DNA of 64,000 nucleotides from assembly GCA_004431415.1 (NCBI GenBank), contig QPMI01000017.1, positions 186,001 through 250,000 on the forward strand. Direction: 5' to 3'. The translations under genes were made by a program, and so were the position numbers. This DNA is from Cyanophora paradoxa CCMP329. Lineage: Eukaryota; Plantae; Glaucophyta. Positions 30,191-42,970 of the stretch are shown here, piece after piece. The notes below the pieces were generated by a model. That model saw only the letters and a list, made by a program, of their open reading frames with translations. It did not search any database and was not told where the DNA came from. Each line of letters opens with the position of its first letter. The first letter of the stretch is position 1.

Positions 30191-32886
30191 CGCGCAGCAG
30201 CGACGGTGGCGAGTTTGAGCGACCGGCTGCGGGGGTACGCTGCACTGTCGAGGGCAGCGCAATTCGAGGGCGGCGGGCGCTCGAAGAACCCAAACTCGCG
30301 TCCTGGCGGGCCTTGGCGTATAGCGGAGCGCGTGCGTCGTCGTCGGGTGCGCTCATTCCAGCGGTGCCCTTCCGTCCCTCGAGCGCGTGATTTGACGAGC
30401 GCGCAGGCGCTTCTGAGCGCTTCCTTCGCTCGTGCTTCGTTCAAGGCTCCAGGCAGTGCTTCGCTGGGGAGCGCAGCGGGCGCGGTCGAGCATTCATCTG
30501 GTGCGCCTTGCGGCGTGGATCCGGAATCCCCCGCTGCATTGCTCTCATGATGAACATCTCCGCATCGCGATGCCAGCCGCGCCGCGAGGCCACGCGCACC
30601 AAGCGCGTATCGCCGCGGCCGCGCGCGGCCGGCGCCGCGCGCGGCAACGACGCGTACGTCGACCGGACCACGATCGAGGCCGCGTCGACGTCGTCGACCT
30701 AAGGCTCGGCGCCGGCCCGGCCCGCTTAGCGACAGGCCCGCGCCGGCAGGCGTCTTCGCTCCGCGAGCAACACAGCGCCTGTGAGCCACACTATCGCTTT
30801 TACATGACATGAGACTCACTCAAACGCAGCAAAGAATCTGCGGGTCGGGCCGCGTCCGCGCCGGGACGTGGCTGCACCGCTCCGTGGGGTGGCCTGAAGA
30901 TCGGATTCGAGTTCAAGCTGGTGAGTCTAAGCCAGCGCGCGGGGTAGAGGTGCAAGATCTAGAACGCAATGTGTCAGCCCAGCAGCGTCCTCCGATGCAC
31001 CCCCCCCCCCCCCCCCCCCACCCCCACCCCACGCCCCCTCCCCTCCCCCTCCCCCTTCCCCCCTTCGCCCCCCCTTCCCCCCCCCCCCCCAACCGGCTTT
31101 CACCCCCTTTCCCACCGCCCCCGCCCCTTTCGCCCCAACTCCCACCCCCTCCCCTAGGCCTCTGCCTCTGCAGCCCACCGCTGCCCTAGACTCATCGTGC
31201 TTCGTTTCCTTTGTCCGCTAACATGTGGTGGTCTTGAGCGCAGCTTGCTCTAGATCTCGTCAATCATGCAAGAAGACGCTGCAACTGCCTCGAGCTCGCC
31301 CCAGGCGCAGAGCCGGTCAGCCACCGTCCTCTCATTCAAAAACCGCACTAATCCAGATCCGCCACAGCCCACGGCAGTCGGACCCCATCGCTGTCGCCTC
31401 CGACGATGAAAACGACACGCGCGCATTAAAGCGAGCGAAGAGGTCGGGCGAGCGCGAACGCCCGTCTAGATCTGCTGCTAGCAGTAGGTGCGCACTACAT
31501 GAATCTGATCGCTGCTCTCGAGCCTTCAATTCGTCTGACACCCACACGTTTTTCAGGCCCGTCGACGTCGTTGAGGCCGACGACGAAGTCAAGCCTCGGT
31601 CTATGGAAGCAAGGTCAGATTGATATTCTTCTTGCATCGAATTGCACGCGTACGATTTCCAACGTTCTTGACACCTAACAATAGCAGCTCGCGATCGAAG
31701 CCGACCGATCGCGAAGAAGAAATCTCAGAATCCAACGTTAGCTGCCCTGCAGCTGAAGAGAATTTTGATACACAACCTGCGATCTCTAGGTCTTAACAAG
31801 CCCGCGCAGTTGCTGCCTGCACACATTTCCCGTTCTAAGGCCCGCTTCACAGCTCTGCAGCGCCGTCAACATCGGGGCCCCAGCAGGAGCAAGTCCCTGA
31901 TTGCGACCTCCGCCCTGAAGCGCGCCACGCCGAACAGGAACTCGAAGAGTGCGAATCGCGTTCAAACCCATTCGAATTCTTTTCGGGTTCGCGCCAAGAC
32001 CTGTGCAGCGCCGGGACACGTCCGCAAACAATGGCCACGGTCGATCAGAAAGACGCGATGGGCCCCGCGGATCCGTGGTTCGCTGGCGATCCCGGCCATC
32101 TCGTGCGCTGCCGGCGCCGTGTTAACGTTCAACTGTTACGCAGCTCTCAACCGGGCGGCGAGATCGATATCAGAGCTGTGGACCCGGACACACCATCCGG
32201 ATCTGGACCCAAGCCCTTGCTCTCCGAGTCGGCGGAAGCACGTGCACCAAGGTCAGCTCTATTCATGCACATGCATATGTGCATCGAATCTAATTCCTTC
32301 GATCTTCCGTACGCGTGCAGCTCCGGATCCGCGGTCAAAGCGCCCCGTGAGGCGGAAGGCTCACCAATCGCAAGCACCACGGCACATGATCATGAGAGGT
32401 CTGCGGTCACGCGCGCGAAGTTCATGAATTGCTTCCAGGTCTAAGAGATTCGTGCAGTCCCCAGCAGCCCCCGAGTTCATCGGAGCCCTCTCCGTCGCAG
32501 TCGCAGCGGTTCGCGGTCGATTCGCTTGACAACTTGAAGCAAACACTTTAACATTGAATTGTCAACAGAACCAAATCACAGGCGAGCGTGCCGCGGCCCA
32601 AGATCTCGGTGAATCTAAAGCAGAAGGCGAGCGAACGCGGGGAGGTTGCGAGCCCGTTGATTGCAAGTGCCTCCAAGAAGCTGTGCGCCAGTTGTTCTCC
32701 AGAACAAGCTAGCTTTCAATTCGAGGCTGACTCACACTTGTGATGATTCAGGCGCTACGCTGAGGCGCAGTCGCCGAAGTCTGCGGCGCCGGCCGCACTG
32801 CAGCTCGCCTCGGGGACTCCCGAGAAGGCTGCGGCTGCGCATGCGGGCTCGACTAGTGCTTTGAACTCGAGTGTATCTGGAGAAGG

Positions 32887-35800
32887 GTGCAGCCGATCCC
32901 GCCACGTTTATTCGCCGCTCTCGAGCTCGCCAATCGTGATGTTATTCGCAGCGCTGCAGCTGGCGTCAAGTGCGAGGCCGCGAACGAGGAGTCGTGTGTG
33001 ACCGTCTTCTGCCTTTTGTTACCGTCTGCTGCGAAGGAGCTTGGCGGCACATTCCACGTCGATCTCCTCAAGAAGGGCAACCAGGTCCTGCACCAGCTTC
33101 CCTTGTCGCACGTCAACTCCACACTCTGGGCCTCCCGCCCTGCCTGCTTCAAACTCCGAGGCAAGGCAGAAATCAAGCAGCAATACCGGTACGTGTACAC
33201 GCCCAGTGCCGTCAAAGGAAAACCCGCTGCCGATCCGGTCGTCGAGCGCGGCGTCCGAACCCTCCTACCCAAGACCTTCCAGTTCGACATGTTCTTCGAC
33301 CACCCGAAGAAGGAGCTGAACGTCCTCGCGGTCGCCGGCCCGCAACACCCCTTCGAGCTCTACTTGCAGCTCCTCGTGCACTCCGCGGTCGCCGATCTGC
33401 GAAAACTCGGTGGGCACGTCAAGAACCCGGACCTGACTTCGGAGCCGGAGTCGACGCTCCCTAGTCGTTTCTACGAACTGTTATTCGAGCAGGTTTGCGC
33501 TTTCGATTCGTCAGTCAACCACATGCATGTTCATCGACTTCTTGCGGTCAGGTGGGGCCTATCCTCGGTCAGAAATGGATTCCACCAGTCAACAACTTCC
33601 TCCGCCTGGAGTCATCGGCATTTCTGAAGCACAAGACTCCTCCCAGTTTTGGCGGCGCCCTGCTCCTTGCCCAGCTTTTCCTCGAGGTCAGTGTGGTGCC
33701 CCTTGGCGTGTTGCTCTTCCATCTCTGACGAGGGGCTATTGTGCAGCTGCATCAGTTGCCGGATGCTGTTAAACCGGACATGCGAAAGGATGAGCGATCC
33801 AATCGCGGGGCGCGGGCTTTAGCTCTCGTTCAGCAGATCATCGACCGCTGTTGCGAGCCGTCTTGCGCGCAGCTTTCTGACCGCGAGACACTGATCGTGA
33901 AAGGATCGATGTCTGCCCTTCTGTCTGCTGTCACCTCCTCCGAGTCCAGCAACGCCGACCCCGTGTCGTGGATGCGCATCCTGCTGTCCATCTGTGGCTC
34001 GAGCTCGAATTTCGACGCAGCTCTCAAATCGGCCATCACTTCGGCAGTCCTCCAGAGCGCCACGCAGCGGCCCGCGGATCCTCCAGCGCCCAGCGAGGCC
34101 GAGAAGATGCACGAGCAGTTCGTGGACTCCGCACAACGCTTGATCCCGACGCTTGCCTCTTTCGCCGCTGAGCAGCTCGACACTGTCTGCCACGCTCTGC
34201 TCATGACAGCGCCCGGTCTGGGCACGCTCGTCAAGATTTTAGTGGCATGGTGGCCAGCCATCGCGATCGCAGCTCAGCTGTCCGCCGCCGAACAGGAGGA
34301 CTTCTTGGAGAAGATGCAGACCCGCATGCGAAAGCGAATGTCGTCGGGCGGGATTCCGGGTCTGCGCTTCGCCTTCCACTCTTCGCCCCAGGCTGGAGCC
34401 GCGGCCGTCGCGCTCTGGGGCGACGTCCCTGATCCACTCCGCGCGCTCCTCCGGCCCGTCTTCCAGTGGAATGTCGCCGAGTTGGCGCGCTCTATTCAGT
34501 CCAAGAAAGAGCGCTCGAGCATTCAGAGTGGTGCTCTTTCTGCCTTGCTCTGCGTTCTCAAGGAGCCTGCCTGTGAATCGTTCGTCGCGGAAACTGAACT
34601 CTGCAAGGCTGTTGAGGTCAGACGACATCTGCAGCCGCGCCTATTTGTCGTGCCCTTCATTTTATATCGTTGTCCGTTGCAGGTTCTCGTGGAGAAAGGC
34701 GAGGCGACCGTGCTTCGCGCAGAGCTGCCTCCAATACTCAAGCGAGCCTTCAGTCGGGTGGAGGGCGTCTCCGACGTCACGGCTGTCCTCCTGAACCAGG
34801 CGAAGCTCTTTCTTCGACGATGCTTCAACGTCGCTTCGAGCGCCGGTGCCTCCTGTAGTTGGAGACGACCCGAAGTGATGTGACGCGTGTTGTGCATCCG
34901 CATGCGCAGACAAGAGCATTGGCCCACTGGGAGCCTTCCAGGCACTCTCCTCGCTCCCTCCGGCAGTTGCGCAGGATGAAAATCTCCTCAAAGACCTGTG
35001 GGACTCCTGCACGACGGGAACCAAGGACATCGACATTCTGCGAGCGATCGGCCGCGCGCGAGGTCAGAAGTGGTGCAAGGAGGCGCGGCAGCAGATCCTG
35101 GTCGGATGCACCCACATCCTTGCCGAAGCTGCTGCATCGCAAGATTTGGCGCACGAGGCCGTCGCTGCCCTGGACGTTTCCACTGAACCCGACAGGTGCG
35201 AGGTTGAATACTCGTGTGAAACCTTTTTGACAGCGAAAGCAGCTGCTGACCTCCAGATCGCACGCAGCCTCTGCGATGAGCTTCTGGTCATTTTGCTCGA
35301 CTCTGTCAGCAGTTTCGACTTCAGAGGAGAGAACACGGTGCAGGCGGTCCTCAGGGCGCGCAAGTTCTGGGTCCCTATCCTCGCCATCCGCCGCACCCCG
35401 CTCAGCCAAGTCCGCCAGCTGCAGCAGATCAAGACAATCCTGAACACGCTGTACAATGACCTGTCCGAGCGCACTATCACCGTTTGGACTCTCCTGCACA
35501 TTTGCGAGATGTGCGGACCGGACGCCGTGCGGGAGTGCCTGAGTGCCGTCGGCTTCGAGGCCGGCCGCGCCATGCTGGAGGACTCGGTTGCGTCCGTGCG
35601 GTCCGCCGAGGAGAACCTGCAGCGCCTCGTCTCCCTGTGCACCGTGTGGCAGAGCCTCGCCCTCCCCGAATCGCACAAGGCTTCCCTCGACACGCTGGCC
35701 GAGTCACTGCAGCAAGAGCACGCCAACCTCCGCCAGCAGTCGCTGGCGCAGCTGAGCACAGCCGACCTCCACCGCTTCGGCAGTCTCTCGAGCACCTTGG

Positions 35801-37225
35801 ATGCTATCGGCCCGCACGCGATGAACCTCCTGAAGTCCTCCCTCTTCCGCACCTTCCTTCAGCCGCCCGCCGCCGACTCGCCCGACGCTCTGGCCGACCT
35901 TTTACCTCAGCTCACATTGAGCGCCGTCGATGCCTTCAATTTCTTCTTGAAACGCATGTTCCAGAACGTGACGGGAATGCCCGTCGCGGAGATTGTGCGC
36001 CACTGGGACTTCGTCAGCTTGCAGAGGCGATCGGAAGGCGAGACAATGCAGGAGCGAATCGAGGAAGAGCTGGCTGTTGTCGGCGTGAATGCGAAGGCGG
36101 TCGATGTCGAGGAGCTTGCGGGCCGCATCAAGCAGTGCCTGGAGGCGCAAGCACTCGAGGAGCTGGCGCCGCACATCACTGCCTGCGCCGCTCGGTTTGG
36201 ATGCGTCCCGTCCAAGGAGGAGCAGCCGGTGCTGGGGCGATGGAGCTCCAACCCTCTGGCGAACGCCACCGTCCGCGAGGCGATCGAAGCGCGGCGGGCC
36301 TGGAACAGGACGCTCGGGTCGCCCGACGAGGACGTGGGCGCGGTGCTGCGCGAGCTCGGCGACGAGGACGGGGACGGGCGCAAGCTCCTCGAGTTCCTGC
36401 GGAAGGTCGGGCCGGAGCACGAGGCGCTGCAGCACCTCAAGGACGCGGCGGACGAGCAGTCCGACATGCAGTTCCGCACCACGACGGTGCGCTCGTCTGC
36501 CGCAGAGCGATTACGGATCCGGGCCACTCCGCCTTGCCGACCTCGCGCGCAGGACACCGTTCAAGACCTGGCCAACGTCCGCAGCTTCCTGCACCCCATT
36601 CTCTACGGGGAGGAGGCGAAGAAGCACAAGGCCTCCGTCGCCAATCTCCTCGGGTATTTCAACACGCGGATGAAGCTGAAGTCGAGCATCTCGATCGCGA
36701 ACAACATCGCGACCTGCTGCGAGCAGATCGAGGCGCTCACGCGCCTGTACGAGGGCGTCGCCAACCGCGGCGAGGTGACGAAGGGCATCGTCCGCGACGC
36801 CCTCCGCCACGGCAAGTACGTGTTCACGTGCGACGACGCCGGCGCGCGGCTCGTGCTGGAGATCAAGGACGAGGACGGCGACCGGCTGGAGAGCCTGGAC
36901 GCCTCATACAGCTACGAGGAGGTGCAGGACGTGCGGAGCCGCGCCATCGTGATCCGGAGCTCCCGCATCCGCGCCGCGGCCCCTGCGTTGGAGCCCGAAG
37001 CCGAAGCCGCAGTGACTGCGGGCGACCTCTCCATTGAGGAACTCGACACGTTCATCGACGACAGCACGCTCGCCGGCGACGTACGCACGTTTTGCCAAAC
37101 GATTCACGTGTTTATCTTTCTGATCGCTCACTTGCAGGCCCTTGGGGTGCTGATGGAGCTGCACACTGCTGCGGACAGCCGGTACAACAACTGCGACTGG
37201 TCGCACACAGCGAGCGGCAGCGAGC
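32887..37225 (+). CDS. Host large RNF213-like protein, N-terminal half (multi-exon), interrupted by element C; further upstream exons possible from ~30.5 kb
   Basis: Long coding frames joined by short introns; segment LYEGVANRGEVTKGIVRDAL..G.Y.F...YSYEEVQDVRSRAIVI...F...LMELH resembles the region preceding the AAA core of fungal/protist RNF213-like proteins (recall, unverified). Confidence 0.55.
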
Positions 37226-37611
37226 AACGCTCGCATGGGGGTGGCCCCCACCAATTACGCGACCTTCCCGCGACCATTTTCAATAAGCACATTTTCAGCA
37301 TCACGAATCTCAGTCACAAAATCACAAATTCGCACTGAGCCACATTGTATTTTTCAAACATCTAACCCTTCCTTACTGAAACCAATCACGAAACCCTTTC
37401 ATTCTTCATTTTTCTAATTCCTTACCATTCCCAGTAAGCCCTTTAACTTTCCCCCGATCTCTCAGTAAGGACAGTAAGACCCTCATTTTTACGAAATGTT
37501 CCCGATCGTTTCCGGACTGTTTTCAGTTACCCAAATTGAAAAATCAAGGTGAGCCCCACCAATTAAACAAGTGATCCCCACTTAAAGACTTCCAGTTAAT
37601 ATACTGTAACA

Positions 37612-37935
37612 ATGGCAAGCAATCAAGTAAATCTACCTGAGACTAAGCGGTGCAATGTTTGCGATAAGGTAAAACCGGCATCGAGTTATGCATTGCAAAA
37701 GCGTAGCTCAGGGAATGTTACTTTAAATTGGAGATGCAAAGTCTGCGACCGAGACTATAACAATTACCTTTATCATTTCGTGTTAAAAACGCGTCCGAAA
37801 ATCGAAGTGCAATCGAAGATATGCTCGCACTGCAAGATTGAGAAGCTTGCAAGTGAGTTTAATAAAAGACAAAGAACGAAGGATGGTCTCAACTATCAAT
37901 GCCGAGAGTGTTATAGCAAAACTCGTAAGAGTTAA
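37612..37935 (+). CDS. Small protein with two tandem Cys4 Zn-ribbon repeats
   Basis: KRCNVCDKVK...WRCKVC and KICSHCKIEK..EF...DGLNYQCREC. Confidence 0.75.
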   Translation: MASNQVNLPETKRCNVCDKVKPASSYALQKRSSGNVTLNWRCKVCDRDYNNYLYHFVLKTRPKIEVQSKICSHCKIEKLASEFNKRQRTKDGLNYQCRECYSKTRKS

Positions 37936-38152
37936 ACCGAATTTCATTTTATATTTTTTAAAGCGAGTATGTGCATGAGCAAGCATGCCGAAAATGCCCA
38001 CCTGCACAAACTCGCGACTTCAATCGAAATGTTCCATTTAATGCACTGGAACCACTCGCGCCCCGCCCACTATGCAAGATACATGCCTTTCTTATGCATG
38101 ATCTATGAAAAATAACAATAAACCCCTCTCTCATTCTTCGAATTCGAATTCT

Positions 38153-38416
38153 TTACATAGGAGCACTCACAGGAATTTCGCTTGCCTTTCGAACAGTCCC
38201 CCTTGCAAATGCTTGCTCTACAATCGCTTCCTTTGTGAGTGGAATCGGAATTCCAGCGGCAATACACGATTTTACTTCTTTGTCCACAATCTCGTCAATC
38301 GCGATTCTCGCCCTATTATGAGCCGCATTATCGATCCAATCCTGAACAGAGTAGGCACAGTATTCCATTCCCAGTTTCTCAGTTTCAGTTAAAACAACTT
38401 GATAGTTATGCGACAT
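38153..38416 (-). CDS. Small phage-like tail-fibre-associated protein
   Basis: YQVVLTETE..MEY.A.SVQDWIDNAAHNRARIAIDEIV resembles a small protein encoded next to C1q-fibre genes of aquatic tailed phages (recall, unverified). Confidence 0.6.
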   Translation of the reverse strand: MSHNYQVVLTETEKLGMEYCAYSVQDWIDNAAHNRARIAIDEIVDKEVKSCIAAGIPIPLTKEAIVEQAFARGTVRKASEIPVSAPM

Positions 38417-38424
38417 TCTTTTAA

Positions 38425-39423
38425 TTATAGTGCCGAAATTAATTCACCTGTCCAAATAGTGTTTGCAGCACCCGGATCACCATAAAGCTGACCTGATCCT
38501 AATCGAAGTCTCACACTATCACCTGCACTAAGTGTTATGATAATATTGAAACCAAGACTGCGATTTCTGAGAGTTTCATTTGCATTTGTAACAACCCCTA
38601 CTAATGAATATACTACTGTGCTTACAGCATTTACCTGTAAAGTTACAAATGTCATATCAGTATCAAATCGTGTTGTCATGCCTGTGAAAACAAACCTATA
38701 ACACCCTCCTACGGGTGCTGTAAATACACCACTCGAAAAAGAAGCTGATCCTAAAATGACATGCCCCCAGGCATTGATAGTTCCAACTGATGATACTGTT
38801 GCATTCAATCCATAACTAAACCGTGGATGGTTAGGAGTAGCAAGGTAAGAATCCGTTCCATTGATAGAAAGACCTTTCCAGTTGTAAGTTCCGGCAACTG
38901 CCCCACCTGTGGAATTAGTGTGACTACTCACAAATGTAGAAGCGATATTCTCATTATTTCGCTTGATGACTAATTCTGTGTTGCCCCCAGAATCAATAGT
39001 TGTCGTTTTAACTGTCCCAAAAGATCCAGCTGTAAGGCTTCCAGTAATTGTCGCATTCCCATTCACCCCCAAGCCAGTCCCGATCCAGGCACCGCCACTG
39101 TAAACTTGAAAAGCCGCCGAATTCCTATCAGCCGGATTAAAAGCCGTTTTGGAATCCTGTTGACCTTCATATAGATTTTCTTTGGTGACCAGCCCCGAAG
39201 ATATTGCGGGTCGATTCGATACGATCAGTTCAGTAGCTTTAACGATTCCACCAGCCTTGTCAGCTCTGAGTTCTTTGACTCTGAGAATGGAGGTCTCATT
39301 GAAAGAATCGGTTTTCGCTGTCTCAGTCGAAGGGAATGACTCACTTAGATCATATATAGTGTGTTGCACGTTGTGGACAGCACTGGCTGATAAGGAAAAC
39401 ACAGGGGTAAACACAGTCGACAT
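38425..39423 (-). CDS. Fibre protein with C-terminal C1q/TNF-like head
   Basis: FSSGVFTAPVGGCYRFVF...IIITLSAGDSVRLR...WTGELI is a C1q signature. Confidence 0.8.
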   Translation of the reverse strand: MSTVFTPVFSLSASAVHNVQHTIYDLSESFPSTETAKTDSFNETSILRVKELRADKAGGIVKATELIVSNRPAISSGLVTKENLYEGQQDSKTAFNPADRNSAAFQVYSGGAWIGTGLGVNGNATITGSLTAGSFGTVKTTTIDSGGNTELVIKRNNENIASTFVSSHTNSTGGAVAGTYNWKGLSINGTDSYLATPNHPRFSYGLNATVSSVGTINAWGHVILGSASFSSGVFTAPVGGCYRFVFTGMTTRFDTDMTFVTLQVNAVSTVVYSLVGVVTNANETLRNRSLGFNIIITLSAGDSVRLRLGSGQLYGDPGAANTIWTGELISAL

Positions 39424-39478
39424 CTTTTGATTGTTCTTTATTATTACGTGAGAATATTATTATTATTACGTGAGAATA

Positions 39479-42400
39479 TTATGCTACCATCTTCCCTGTT
39501 GCTATATAACTCATTTGATAGTGGAAAAGTCCAATGCTTTCATTGAATGCATGTTCTGCCGAAATTGTTGCATGAATAGTAAATGTTGTTGTTGTGGAAC
39601 TTGTGACACCATATACCAATACATATGAACCACCATTATATCCTTGTATCAGATTGAGAACCACTTCTGGGGCTTCCGCAAATGCTTTCGGGAATGTGAC
39701 AACCTGTGGAAATCCCCAATGACCCGGACCTGTGATTGTCAAAGATTTTGAGAATTTCCCTGTTTGTATATACTGGTCTTTATTGACACGCTGTTCTGAA
39801 ACAAGTTTTGCAATCTTTGTATTATCTGTTTCATCCATTGCATAATATGCTCTTGCGTAAGCATTTCCCGACATAATAACGTTTTATCGTATATATTTGC
39901 GGAATTGTGGAAAAACCATTGTTCTAAATAAAGTGGTGCATCTGGTTGGTAAATTTGACCGGATCCCACATACATGGTATTATTTGCTGTGATCGTGTTC
40001 GCTACAAATGGGTCTAAGGTTGGAAAATCCGTGATTTCCGATTTTGTGTGAGTATGGGCGAAGTCTGTTATATTTGCCTTTGTGTGACTATGTGCGAAAT
40101 CTGTGATATCTGCTTTAAAATGAGAGTGAGGACCGACAGTCGTAGAAGCTGTTGGCTTCCCGTATATATTATTCCAATGGAGGAAACCACTGTGTGACGA
40201 TATAGCGGGGTTTTTGCTCCAACCAACAGTAATCGGACCTGGAAGATAAATTCTTCCTATTTGTCCATGAACACCAACTTTAACAAGTCCTTCACAATTT
40301 ATTGCAACAAACTGTTTAAAATCTCTTACAGGATTAATTGCAGGAGCATAGGCATTTACTCGTAAACGAGTATAAGTATTGTTTGATGGTTCAATTCCAA
40401 CAACATCAAAGTATCTACTGTCATACTGACACGTATAATAGATATAACATGATTTCATGTCTGTTGGAACAGTCCAATACATCTTACAGCTACTACAATC
40501 ATCATCACCATTAATCCATGTGTTTGCCCAAGTGCTTGTGTCACCTACAAGTGGTTGCCCAACATAATTTCTCCAATCTCCTGTGCGGTCTGTGGAAATA
40601 CCACTTGTAGCGTCAAAATCAGTTGGTGAAGTGTATGTTGGTGTATTTATCAGATCATCATAGTTTCCAGTTGTTGCCACAGTCGCAAATGTCGGGAAGT
40701 CTGTAATTTGAGACTTTGTGTGGGTATGGGCAAAATCTGTTATTTCTGACTTTGTGTGAGTGTGTGAAAAATCTGTAATCTCTGACTTTGTGTGAGTGTG
40801 TAGATCAGGTGCGAAGGTTAATGGTCGAACATTGTGAACATTGGGTAATTCAATGCGACTAATTGGAGTGTTTGGATCTAATACATATTCAGCACCAAGG
40901 TGGACAACAGGAAATGTTTGATCATTCGGAGTAGTAACAAAGAAATTAGAAGCATGCACATCACCTGCAACAGTTCCACCTGTTAGTGGTAAATAATCAT
41001 GATCGTGTGAATCAGGTGGATAGGTCGATGGGGGATTGACAATATGCTCCCAAAAATGCTTGTGAACATTGGGTAATTCAAGACGACTAAATGGGGTGTT
41101 TGGATCTAAAACATATTCAGCACCAAGGTGGACAACAGGAAATGTTTGATCATTCGGAGTGTCCACAAAGAAATTTGGAGCATGCACATCACCTGTAAGA
41201 GTCCCACCTGTTAGAGGTAAATAATTCCCAAGAGCCGACGTTAATTCGGTATCTGTTACATAATCTTCAAGAATTGCTGCAAGTTCTGTATCATCTACAT
41301 AGTTTTTGCTTTCGAGGTAATCATCTGTTACCACACCTGAAAGGGTTGTATTGTGTAAGTTTTTCGCCGCCATTCTTTGATTGACTTCTAAGGCGCCTCC
41401 TGATGTTGTTTTAATCCATGCAATCTCGCATTTACCGTGATCATCTGTGGGTTGTCCCACAACAGGAAGATAGTTTACAACTTTCTCCCTTGTGAACACA
41501 ATCTTAGGTCTTGCTCCATCATATGCGCTTTGATCTGTTACATTTACTTGAATTGCTGCTGAAAAATCCGCTTCTTGTCCTATTTCTCCTGGGTGATAAT
41601 TCGTAACATAGATACTGGGGAAAGTATCATTTACTCCTACATTGAAATCGCCACTATACACTCCGTTTACGATTGGATCCCGTGGTAATCTTACTGCAAG
41701 AGTTCCCACCATAGGTGTGCCTGTTTCACCTGTAAACGACCCATTCAGACTAACATAATGATCATTCAAAAACAGCCTTTCAGGTGTATTAATGGATTGG
41801 TAAAGTGTGACTCCATTAAAAACGTTTCCGATTGCATTCAATTGTGCGAAAGTAGGCTGCTCATCTATTTCCTCCCATGGGTGCCTGTGGTTACTATTGG
41901 TAATCTCTGAATAATCATGGGAATGTTTTCCTGGTGGGAAGGTTGAGGGCGGATTTGTGATATCCTCCCATAAATGCTTATGGGCAAAATCTGTTATTTG
42001 ATCTTTTGTGTGATTATGGGCAAAATCTGTAATATCTGCTTTTGTGTGTTTTTGCTTTGCTAACCAATCTAAAACAACATTCGATGTCGGATGATTTGGT
42101 AGGTTTGCTTCAATCTTCACAGTGAGATAATCGACTATTACATTACTTCCATTAATATTACTTGCCCATAGGTTACTGCTGTAAATGTTACTGGCATAAA
42201 TGTTACTGGCATAAATGTTACTTGTAACTGTAAGGTTTGATGAAATTGTAAGATTAGATGAGATAACACCACCTTTGAGAGACAAGTAATCATGAGTGTG
42301 TGGATCAGGTGGGAAGGTTAATGGTCGATTGGTGATATGCTCCCACAAATGCTCGTGAGAACTGGGTGGATAGGTTAATGGGGCATTGGTGATATGTTCC

Positions 42401-42933
42401 CACAAATGCTTGTGAGAATTGGGTAGTTCGATTCGACTGATTGGGGTGTTGTCGCCCAATATAAATTCAGCTCCTGTATGCACGACCGGATTTCTTTGGA
42501 TATACATATTGGATGCACCTATTACAGGTGCTATTATGGGCACATCCGAATTTACGAGATTGCAAGTGATGGAGAAAATGGTTTTAGGGGCGAATAGATT
42601 GCAATCAAAGGTCACAGTAGATGGATCAATAGTAGGATCGACATTTGAACAGATCTGAAACATCCACCCTCCCACACAGTTGCAATTTAGATTTCGAAAG
42701 GCTGTTCCTGCCATTGCATCCACATAGCCAATCCCATTTGCTATGTCATATATGTGACCAAACTCGTAACCAAAAATGTCATTCCACAGATTGGAAGCCA
42801 TAGCTCCCATCACGTAACCTTTTAGATCAACTATCAGGTCATTGGATTCACTGGGTATATTGGCATGGGTTATATAAAATTGATTATCCAAGACAGCATT
42901 CTTTATTGTCGTTTCTACTATGGGTTCAGTCAT
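39479..42933 (-). CDS. Long fibre protein with HxH phage-tail repeats and a C-terminal H-type-lectin/gp53-like domain; two ORFs (39739-42933 and 39479-39874) joined by a 1-nt frameshift
   Basis: Many HTHTKSEITDF/HxHxWxxITNxP repeats; one extra T in TTTT at 39882-39885 gives ...YDKNVIMSGNAYARAYY...VVTFPKAFAEAPEVVL (~1151 aa). Confidence 0.78.
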
Positions 42934-42970
42934 TATACTCTATTATGGAATACTACAAAAATTAAGGTTG

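Noticed and set aside
30548-32860. Separate host gene(s) upstream of the RNF213-like region
   Set aside because: Coding-like fragments exist but I could not build a reliable exon chain or assign a family.
19276-37037. Many long overlapping Arg/Pro/Gly/Ala-rich ORFs
   Set aside because: Artefacts of very high GC content and unspliced or antisense frames of the intron-containing host genes.
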